Below, piece after piece: positions 12,501 through 24,443 of a stretch of 64,000 bases of DNA. The notes beneath the pieces are model-generated. The model searched no databases. It saw only the letters and a list, made by a program, of their open reading frames with translations, and had not been told where the DNA came from. Each line of letters starts with the position of its first letter. Within the stretch, counting starts at the first letter, position 1. This stretch comes from Octopus sinensis (lineage: Eukaryota): positions 139,252,001 to 139,316,000 of the forward strand of contig NC_042998.1 of assembly GCF_006345805.1 (NCBI RefSeq). Reading direction: 5' to 3'. The position numbers and the translations under genes were made by a program.

Positions 12501-15500
12501 AAAATACTTGGAACTATCACATTACAACTTTGCATCAACCAACACATATTTAGCCTTTCCACACAAAATTTCTTTACAAGTACAGGGTCAAACACCATCT
12601 AAACCTTTGTTGTCAGTATTCTCTATAACATGGTCAAAGCTAGAAAAAATATTCCAGCCTTGATCAAGAGTTGACCTACAACAATCAAACAGGACTCTCA
12701 CTGGAGTGCTTGTCATATATCTGGGCCAGTGCTGCTACTGTTAAATATATAAACATCCCAGATTATTTTCAAAATGAGGTCCAATCAGCCATTTACCAAA
12801 GACTTGTCCACTACTAGGCTGCATCTATTGGCATACACAAAAACTCTTCTCAGCATCTTCTACCACTACTACAATGGGGGTTGCTTTTCCTCCCTGAAGT
12901 TATGTACCACTTCCCACCGGCCCACCAATATACTTATCTAGGTTATCCTCGCTGCTGTGTCTCCCCACCCCTGCAAACCAACACTAAACACTTTACCTAG
13001 TCATTACTTCCCAGAGCTGCAACACTGCAGAATTTCCTTCTCCTTACATTTAATCAACAAGCATCAATCCAAACAACAGAAGTTCAAACTGAACATCAAT
13101 CTTATTGGTTTAATCAATGTGGGGATGGGGTGGGATATAATTGAGCCACCTAGATCAATAATTTCTTAAATAGAGGCTCCACAAGAATTTATACGACACC
13201 TACTTCCTTCTTTATATAAGAACTCAATAACAAAAACAATGTTTTGGAAAGGAGCAAGATGAAAATGTTTCACTGGATGTGGAATGTTAATCTGCATGAA
13301 TGATGAGGCACAGATGAACTGAAAGAAAAACTGGGCACAAGAAGAATCAAGGCAACGAACTGGCAGAAACATTAGCATGCCGGGCAAAATACTTAGCGGT
13401 ATTTCATCTGCCACTACGTTCTGAGTTAAAATTCCGCTGAGGTCGACTTTGCCTTTCATCCTTTCGGGGTTGATAAATTAAGTACCAGTTACACATTGGG
13501 GTCGATATAATCGACTTAATCCGTTTGTCTGTCCTTGTTTGTCCCCTCTGTGTGTAGCCCCTTGTGGGCAGACAAGAAATAAGAAGAATCAGAAGATGAC
13601 TGAGCTGATACAGACATATAATGCATATGAACGTTGGTTGATGAGTAAAGAACAGCTAACAGATTCTTGTGGAAGGAACCGATGGAATAATAAGATTGAA
13701 AAAACATGGACAGAAATAGTGAAGACTGATATCAGGCTGTTGAACCTCATAAAGGAGAGGATAAAGGAATGCAACAGAGTGAACAGATGTTGTGATGGAA
13801 AGGACACATCCAAACTCATTCAAGCAGGCAAAAACAAACATAAAAATGATAACATATGGGAGTTAAGTATTTTAACATTTAAAATCTATACCTTAATTTA
13901 TGACAAATGGTCGTCACTTTTGCTAAATTTTTTCAAGTTTGACATCTGCAAGCTGATATTTAATCCAGTTCCACATGTAAGTGCTTAAAGCAGGGTGACA
14001 GGACTGAGCACTGAATCAATTGTCTTAACACTACCAGGTTTCAATTTGATGCAGCCAAAATAAAAATTTAACTATTTAACTAGAAGAAACAAGCAGCTGG
14101 AGGGGCAAGATTTTCATGAGAGAGAGTGAGAGAGAGAGCATGTGTGTGTGTGTGGTGTGTGTGTGTGTTTATTTACTGTGTATAAATTGTGGGTGTATGT
14201 ATTTACTATGATAAGGTTTTGATTTATCAAATTAATTTATTGTTTTTCTTTTGTAGTTCTTGTAATGTGGGTCAACATAAGATAAAAACATACAAAACTC
14301 CAAGGTCATTTGCTCTTTTTTCCCTGACATTGTAAATATTCCTATCATAATTTTGGGAGATAAGAAGCCATTCCTAAATGAGACATATGTAATTTCTCAA
14401 TGTCAAAATGACACAGAAATTCAATTCACCTAAGAGGGTGTATGCATAAGTGAAATATATGTGTTGGCTGTGATGTTTCATGCAAGCTATAGTATACATG
14501 TTTTAAATGGTATAGGATTTATGGAGAGTACAGAAATGGTGTATATTAATGTATGATGACATGTGCATGGAGAGAAGATATATTGATATGTGGCAACATG
14601 TATGGAAATGGTATATACTGATATGTGATGTGATAATATGTATCAATATGTGATGCACATCAACAGTCAACATGTGATGAAATGGATATGTGATGCTGTG
14701 TATGGGGAGGGTATATATCGATATGTAATAATGTATAGGGAGAGGATATATATTAATATGTGATAAAGCATATGTCAATGTAGGAGATAGTGTAGATTAA
14801 CATGTACATGATGTATATATCGATATGTGATGATGAATATGGAAACGTATATACTGATGTTTGATTCAGTATACAGGAATTTTTGAAGTGTTATTGCTAT
14901 TTTATGATGTGCAATAACATGTTTGTCTAATCAATGGGCAGGAATGGAATTTAAAACTGATCTTCCCAAAACTAGAATAACTCATGATGAAAGGTCCCTA
15001 TATTGCAAGATACACTTAAACCTACAGTACTTAAATCCATAATTTTACAAACAGTTCAATTAATGATGGACATTTTCTGTATTCCATGATATACCTAGAC
15101 CTACAGTGCTGATGTCCATTGTTTTATAAGCAGTTCAACTAAATATTGTTATATAATTCACTACTTTTTCTTGCTAAATATGACATTGTATTTGAATATT
15201 AGTTAAAGCAGTGTCAAACATAATGCATGGAATTCAGGATAAGCATAATAATAATAGTGTTCTTTGCTTCAGATCAAGAATGCTATGTAAACACAATTTT
15301 ATCTAATCAAACAATTATTTCGACGTAATTGTTTGATTAAATAATATCTAATTTAAAAAATAGAAAAAAATGTTCTATTCATGCTGACACCAAAAATTTC
15401 TAAAACAGGCTGAAATGAACATCATTTTAATGTCCACTTTTTCATGGATCAGATGGAATTTATTGAGGTAGGTTATCCATGTGATCTATGGAAACATGGA

Positions 15501-18500
15501 AAAGTGGTTGTTAAGACAATGATATTTCTATTTCAGCTGTTTTAGAAATTTTCAGTGTTAGCATGAATGGAATTTTTATTTTATTAGATACAGATAATGA
15601 TATATTAAAAACAAAAGCAGATGCTATAATGTTACCTTTCTTGGCAAGGTGACAGACTTTCGGTCTTCTTTTTGAGACATTGGGCGAGCGGTAGAGCCGG
15701 TATTTTTGGTTCTGTTGTTGCACTAAAATTTAAAAAAGAAAGGAAAGAAAATTAACAATACAATTTCAGAAGGAAATGGTTGCTGAGGAATTGAAAATGT
15801 TCCTATTAAATCAAACAACTAAGATAGTGTTCTATCCTTAGACAAGACACATTACTTTACATTCCTCAAACAATCTATCTGATTTACAATTCAGGAAAGG
15901 CACACCTGTAAATTCCCATATGCTTACACTTCTTGAAAATATCAGCTGTAAAGTTAGATAAGTGATTTAAGGGCCAAGAGTTTTGTGCATTTCATGATTG
16001 TGTGGTTGAGAAGTTTGCTTCCCAACTATGTGGTACTGGGTTCGATCACACTGCATGGCGTCTTTGGGATGGTGCCTTCTATTATAGTCCGAGGCCATCC
16101 AAAGCCTTGTGAAAGGATTTGGTAGATGAAAATTTGAAGATGCATGCATGTGTGTGTGTACTCAAGCCTAAACATCATATGACAGTCATAAATAGGCATC
16201 ACTGTCATGTAAACAATGCTGTTCATTTCCAATCTTAAGTGGGAAACGTGTCTAGTCATGAGGAAATATTACCTTACCTAGAAACAGGTGAGTGCTGGCA
16301 ACCTATGCAAGCACGGAAATGTAGGCATTAAATGATGATCATGACAACAATGATTAAAACCTTTAAAATCATTTCATTTGTAAGAAAGAGATGTAATAAG
16401 TATTAAACAAGAAAGAGAAAGAAGTACTAGGACTACGAGTCATATGTGCCCTTTCAAATAATATTTCAGGTTTCTTCTTCAAACCAAATAAAGCACAAAT
16501 AAAATAAAAATCCAATTTTAGTACTACTGTCATTGTGTTGTAATAATTGTGTTGTATAAATAACTTTTGCCTCAGTTTAACTGGCAGATAAACAGGCTCC
16601 ACTCCTACATCACAGTTGAGTGGGTAGCAACAAAAAAGTGTTGCAAAAGTAATTACGCAAACAAAAGTGCAAACATAAACCATCCTGGTAACATAAAATA
16701 GCTATGAAGCAGTTTTTTTAGAAAAGAGAGAGAAAGGGGGTAAAAAGAACATTTCAAATTTCACCTACCCCATGATTCCTTTATTTGCACCTGTACAGTT
16801 TATGATTATTAACCAGACATAAATAGCCAAAAACTATACAGGTGCAAATTTTGGAATCAATGGTCTAAATCCACAACAATAGACGGTGACTAGGAGAACA
16901 AAACTTTATTCTTTTATTCAACCAAAAAAAAAATCATATTCAAAAAGATATTACATAGGAAATTATATGAGATAATTGATATGGTGTATATTTAATATTT
17001 GAGGATATGACTATAAAACATTTTATAATGCAAGCATGCAGCAAAACAGGTATGAAAATAATACATTGCCAAGGATGTAGACTGTCAAATTTTGATATAA
17101 TAAATAGCTCTATCCATTCTACCTAACATATTGGGTATGGAAGACCCTACATCCAAAAATCTATGTCCATTTACGTCCGAGCTCTGGGAAAATGTTATTG
17201 TGCATGACCATCCTTGGGACATAAGTAATGTGTGTGTAAATTTCGGTGAAAATTGGCTGAGAATTGTAGAAATGTGTGCATTTGTCATTATACACACACA
17301 TACTGGGATTTAAATATACTAGATTACTTGATAAAAAACAGAATTTTGCTTTGTTCTTACTACTTCATATGCACTTTTTACTCCCATTCTACCCCACTAC
17401 CAACAAACAGTTTTCAAGATTTGAAAGATTCAGAATGAGGGTAACTAACATTTTAAGAATTTCCCACATTAAGGTCATCTCTACAGATTTTCTATCAGAA
17501 TTATAGCCAGCACTGATTTCTGTTATGTCGTTTCAAACCTGAGATGTCAGATGTAAACAAGCAATGAGATCAAAGATAAAATATGGGTAATGGGCATAGA
17601 TGCCATATTTCAGGAGTTTTTGCTCTTTTACCCGCACCCACCTAATCCATTAATTATCTACAAATCCATTGCTTAAACAGTCACTACATATAGCAGTGTA
17701 ACATTATTGGATATACCAATTTACATATCAAACACATTCCTAGAAGCTTGTACATAGATATTAGTGACTTGTCGGTACACGGTATTTTATTATGCAACCA
17801 TAATATGCTACAAAGTATATTAAACATTTTTATAAACCAATATTGTGTTAATAGTGCACTTAAATCACACGTTAAGGTCATCGCTACAGGTTTTCTATAG
17901 GAATTATAGCCAGCACTGATTCTATTATGATGTTTCGTATCCAAGATGTCAGATATAAACAAACAATGAGGTAAAAAAATGGAAAAATGGGTAAAGACAA
18001 TGAGGTAAAAAATGGAAAAATGGGTAAAGGGCATATATGCAATATGCAGAAGGCTTTGAGTTTGTGGATGATTAATGGGTTAGCTGGGTGCTGATGAAGA
18101 AGCAAAAACTCCCAAAATATGGCATATACATCAATTACCCATTTTTTGATCTTCACTCTCATTGTTTGTTTACATCTGATGTCTTGGATATGAAACATCA
18201 TAACAAAATCAGTCCTGGCTATAATTTCTCTAGAAACTTTGTAAAGATGGCCATAACACATGATTTAAGTGCACTGCTAACACAGTAGTACATGGTATTG
18301 ACTTATAAAGATGTTTAATATACTTTATAGCATATTATGGTTGCATAACAAAATACCATGTACCCTCAAGTCATTAATAATTTTAAGAAAAGTTGTGCTT
18401 TCTAACATATGCACAAAAGAAAAAAACAGAAACTAATTACTGTAACTATGTTTCAAATAGAGAAATTGACCCAAGTGAAGTAACAGGATTTACCAATAAT

Positions 18501-21500
18501 CTAGCACATTAACCATAAAGTCATCACAAAGCTATAGACAATGTTTCTTCCATAGATGTGTATCAAATATTGGATAAATTTTGTACACATTGAAAGTTTC
18601 TTAACTTGTCCCACATCAACCTTAACTGAACAGACCTACATGAAGTGTGTTCTAGCCAAGGACAACTAATCCTTTATTTCAGTCATTGCATATTCAAGAC
18701 TACATTAACTAATATGTTCTGCTTTTTCTAAGGTAGCGGTGTGTAATTGTGTAATTTAAGAGGAAATTTGGCTGCTATTTCCAGGAGGTTGACTAACCAT
18801 GCAGAGGCTACCATTGCTCACATCTGCAGAGAACAATGACAATTGAAATATCATTTAAAAAATGCTACTATTTTATAGTTCTTAATTATTTAGCTGCTGT
18901 TTATATTGCAGCAACAATGCCTTCTGTTGTAGTTTAATGGAGTTTGTTAGGGGTGGGGGTAGGAATGGAAGTTTCAGATTATAATAAACTTTATTCACTA
19001 AAATTGTCAGTGTTGGGACAGCGGCAATATTTTTGTAAACTGAGAATAGATTAAGGGTGGATACATGAAAAACAAAAATACCACGACAGATTGTTGCTGT
19101 TAATACAAGTATTTGTGAAAATAGAGGCAGAATAACAATGACGACAACCAGTGCAATTTTGAGCTATTTGCCAACCATAATTACCATTATAATCGCTAGA
19201 GCTCCAATAACAGACGTAAAATATACGGAAATATTAACTAGATAATAACTATAAAAAAAAAGAAACCGGAATAAAATGATGTCTTCAAAATATCCCACCT
19301 TTTATAAGACAAGTTAATACTCACCAAGACTTGAAATTATTGAAATCCTTACCAAGTTAACAAATGTTAATACAAGCTAAATATGAAACAGCTATAAATA
19401 AATAATATAGAAACTCCAGAGTGAATGACCAAATGACCTTTCACTGTAGATCATTTTAACAGACTGACAATGAAATTAGCATTTCTCTATAACTAAGGAA
19501 AAAGATTATTTCTTCAAATAACAGAACATTATATTTCCTATAAACACTTCTACTCCCATCTCCAACCATCTGTAACTCTCCCCTCAAACTCTTCTAACAG
19601 TCCACCTCTCCTGATCTACTGTCCATTTTATGCTCTCTTGCTCCTTGATGATTTGCTCAGGCACTCCATCACTACCGTCATATCTTCTACGAAGCTACTA
19701 CTACCCACTCTACTATAATGTGGAATAGCTATGTATCTTCAGTAGAGCCAGATACATGGGCATATCCCATTTTACTTTACCCTCACAACACATGGCTTAA
19801 CCATTTACCATTTAAACTAGTCGTATCCAGCCCAAATATGCCTCCAGTTTTAAGTTCAAACTGGCCAGGTCTAGCCTCTCACACCTACACTACAATGTCA
19901 TCCTAAAAATAGACAATAATATCATCAAAATTTCAAAGCTGTGAGACAATACTTGACTAATTCAAAATAATATGAATGAATCAACTTTACATTTGGCAGA
20001 GGAATGTGAACACTAAAGGGTTAAAGCCAACTCTTCTCACCTCACAAATTTCCACACATACAGACTTATATGAAGAAACTTTTAGCTTTTCTTTTTTTCC
20101 CCATCTTGCAAGTTGTCAACCTCAGTAGAGCTGGTTGCATGGAAAAAAGGCCCCCAGTACAGACAGTGAAGTGTTTAGCATTAGGAAGGACATCCAGCAA
20201 TAGAAACCATGCCAAAGCTTATACTGAAGCTCAGCACAGCTCTGTGGCTAGCTGGATCCTGTCAAACTGTCCAACCCATGCCAGCATGGAAAATGGACAT
20301 TAAATGATGATGAAACTCATGTTTTTTGTTTGTATTCCTCCTCGCCCCCAATCAATCTATGATGATATAACAAATTCCAAAATATATTTTATCATTTACT
20401 GGTTCCACCCAGTTGGCTATATCCTACACATTCATCAGTTGAAATATATAGGATGTTTAATTAGTAAGGGACACTAATCAAGATCATTTAGCAATGAATA
20501 AACAGCTAGGTTGTTTTTGTTTCTACTGCCCAAACAGTGACAAACTGATAAAATCTGTATCGACAAGGACATGGACAAAACACATTCATTTGTGCAAAGA
20601 CATTCAGATGCACGACTCTCTCTCTCTCGACACACTATCTATTTATACACAATGAATTGCACTTAAATGCAAACTAAGATGTGATCAAATGTTTTCTCTT
20701 TTTTTTTTATGTAAAGGAATGAAGATAACTTGCAGAAAGAAATATCAGCTATAAATTTTTGAATAAATATTCCCATTTCATTAATTATCTAATGACTATC
20801 AAATAATTATTTAAGGAAGAACTATTAATAACATTAGCTTCTAAAGTGGGGACACGCCCAGAATAAAGAGATATTTAAAGTATTCTTGATATTAGAAGCA
20901 CACATGCAAACACTGCAGGGTATAATGAAAAGCATATGGCTAAATTTAATTTTAACTGCCAGCTCGGCTTTTAGCAGACAGAAAAATTAATTTAACTCAT
21001 AAATAAGGTAGTAATGTTCAGTAGGCATACAGAACAAACAAACAAAAATTATTTAGATAATAAAACAAAAAAATCTGTTCTAGCATATCCCATTTACATT
21101 AGCCCCCTCATGATTTTGTTTGTGGTTGAGAAATGAAACTTAATTGTAAAATAAACAGCAAATATTTCAACCAGCTATTAACTATCTCAGAAACATCATC
21201 TTACATGACTAAACTTTATATTCTCTAAATAATGTAAGAAAGTCAGAGGAAAGCAATCATTTAGCAAAATAAATTGATTAAGATTGAAACAGACAATAGC
21301 AAAAAAAAACTCCCAATTTTGTATGTATGCCATAGGCACAAAAGTTCTGATTATTATATAATTTAATAAAAGATATATTATACACAAGTATACAACTGGT
21401 TAGAAGAAGTCAGGGGAGACATGAACCCAGCAAATGACAGACAGTAACCTATCTAGGGGAGCAGTAAGTACCTCATTATCATCATTATCATCCTTTAACA

Positions 21501-24408
21501 TCCATTTTCCTTGCTGGCATGAGTTGGATGGTTTGAACAGAGCTGGCAAGTAGGAAAGCTGCACTAGGTTCCGGTCTGATTTAGCTTGGTTTCTACAGTG
21601 AGCTGAGTGCTTTTAATGTGGCACTGGCACAAGTTGCACTGATACAGTGTTGCACTTGATACAGATTCAAGGGGATTCTCTAGCTCTGCTTGGACAGCTT
21701 CTGCAGTGTTGTCCTTGGTTAGAAACTTTAATCTGCCCCTCAGTTGAACACCATCACCTAATCTCCTTTAATGAAGTCCTCTCCGTTGCAAATAAGTAGA
21801 CTAGGTTTACTGTCTGAGAATAACTAATAAGCAGCAGTGTCGGGAACCCTGAAAATGTTCATGGATGTTACACTTCCTCCTCTAAGTTATTAAATGATAA
21901 AAGTTTAATAAAATGTTTTGTTAAAATTAAAATGCTTCATAAAAGTACCCAATCCTTTCTAATGGGAATACAGCTGAGAGAGAAAAAAATAGAATCATTA
22001 AAATAAATTTTGGGTGTTTAATTAACCTGAGAGAGCTTTAATGCAGTCATCAACCAGCTAGAAATAGCAGTCAAATTTTCATCACTTACTTCAGAGAATT
22101 AAAAAACAAATGAGGACAAAAGTTATAGTAGAGTCTTGGATACCCCTCAGAAGATAGGATGGTCATAAGATGGTTTGTTCAATGACATGAGCTAGGACAA
22201 CAACAGGAGTCAGAAATTTTGAATACCTTCTATATTGATTTAATAAGGAATATGTAAACTTACCTCAGAGCATTTTGATGATGCATGGTTTTCATCAGCG
22301 AAGAGATCATGATAATGTATAATGAATTTATAGACAATGTTGTTAGTTGTTGATTGATCTTTGAGGCCAGAGAAGTCTGAACCACACCTTTAAAAAAAAA
22401 AATATCAAACATTTATAAATTGAAGGGGAAATTAATAATTCATCATCATCATCATTTAATGTCCATGTTCCATGCTGGCATGGGTTGGACAGTTTCACAA
22501 GATTTGATGGGTTCAAGGCTCACATCATGCTCGAATGTCTGCTTTAGCATGCTCTAAAACTAGATGCCCTTCCTAATGCCAACCACTAAGGAACATAATT
22601 GAAATATTTAATCAATTACTGTAAAAACCCATGAAATTTACGCACATAAACTTTAGGGGATGCATAAATTACATGAGTAGATAATTTCCAGAATTTTTTT
22701 AGAAATCTTTTTTGTTGAAAAATGACATACAAATGTAAACATTTGTACCAGAAGTTGGCTCTGCGCATGTAAAGTCACTGAGTGAATATGACTTAGCATT
22801 CACACTGAAAACTTCATTTACCTTATAGGACGTTTAATGTCATTTCACATTCATGTTGAATTATGCAGTAATCTTATGTTTTCTTTGTAGAACACTTGTA
22901 AAGTATGTATTACCAATTCTTTTGGTATAGTAGATTTTTGCTATTCTTGTTTATGCCTCCTTACAGACATGGATATTCTAACAAGTTGCTTCTTAAAATT
23001 CGCATCTTTCTTGTTCAATAAACATGGAGTTAAATGTGCAAAAGCTGTTTATTTTCTCTTTTTGATTTTTAATGTTTATTTTAGCAGGTTACCAAACTAT
23101 CAGTTTGGTCTCCCAGCTAAAATGGTAATGACAAATTTTTAGGTTTGCTTGACATTCTATAAGTGTGAAAGGGATTAAAATTTCGATACTCTGTATCAAA
23201 GGTTCCGACAAGAATAGGCAGAAAATCAGAGCTTGAAACAAGAAGACATTTTCAACCAATCAGAATTCTATTTACATAATCTGTTGGTTGAGTAAAGTGT
23301 CATCCAAGCTGATGTTTATTAGTAATTAAACTTATTTTGCAACACTTGTGTGTATTTATCAGTTTTGTTTTTGTTGATAAGAGTTATCAACAACTTTTCC
23401 TGTGATTGTGATTTGAGAAGACATACAGAAGTATGTTAAAAATTGGACATAATCTCTTGTGAGCAAGAAATGTAAAATAAAGTTTATTATAAACAACACA
23501 AACACTGTAATTTAATAGCTTTCAATGTGATACCTGTTAAACAGAAGTTATTTTATTTTATGAAAATTTAATAAAATCTAATCATAAATAAGTAAAATTA
23601 TGCTAAATACAACTAAATTGAAAACCTTTTTCCCCTGGCCATATCAGAAATTCTGAATACTTTTAGGTGCGAATTTAACACGAGGAGAAGCTTTTTTTTA
23701 ACAATTTTTATCCTGAAAATCACCTGCATAAATTACACAGGTGCACAAATTACATGGGTTTTTTTATGGTAAATCAATTATAATATTCATAAAATATTTC
23801 AGTTGTTTTACACTTTGTTTGTTTTATGTCTACTTTTCTATGCAAGCATGGGTCAGATGAATGTATATCATTGCAGTATTGTTTTTTTTATAACTTTCTA
23901 TTGTAAACCTTTACTTGCTTTCCAAGTAAAGGAGGTTTCATTCCTCTCATCTTTGAAAACACAAGCCTGCAGAGACAACAGACGATTTGTTGACAGGGTA
24001 ATATCAAGAAATATTACCATTTGTAGCTTTGCCATGTGAAGCACTCAAAGTAAACATTCACACATGCCCTAAGATATATGTATATACATACATGTATGTT
24101 TATACAAATATATACATATTTGTTCTATGACAACAGATCTGGCGCTTTTTGTGGAAGCTTTCACCCATTTCTAAGGACTGACTGACCCATGTTTGACCGC
24201 TGTTGGCATAGAACCCTTCTCCACTTTGGTCTTTGAAGGTCTTGTGTGGTAAGAAGCTTGCTTCCCAACCACATGGTTCCAGGTTCAATCCTACTGCATG
24301 CCAACTCAAAAAAGTGTGTTCTACTATAGCCTCAGGCTACCAAAGCCTTATGAGAGGATTTGGTAGACAGAAATTGAAAGAAGCCCATTATATGTATGCA
24401 TGTGTGTG

Positions 24409-24443
<35 letters not shown>

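Noticed and set aside
13539-13988. Longest ORF in the track (149 aa)
   Set aside because: Chimera of a SINE tail, a degraded RTE end and AT-rich flank; no coherent domain.
14515-14865. Regularly spaced repeats as a possible CRISPR-like array
   Set aside because: Degenerate tandem units without unique spacers, in eukaryotic intron DNA with no cas genes.
17684-18288. ORFs of 66-125 aa on both strands
   Set aside because: By-products of the inverted repeat block.
18890-19165. ATG-less hydrophobic open frame on the minus strand (LKIALVVVIVILPLF...)
   Set aside because: No start codon or credible acceptor in frame; T-rich strand bias yields hydrophobic frames by chance.
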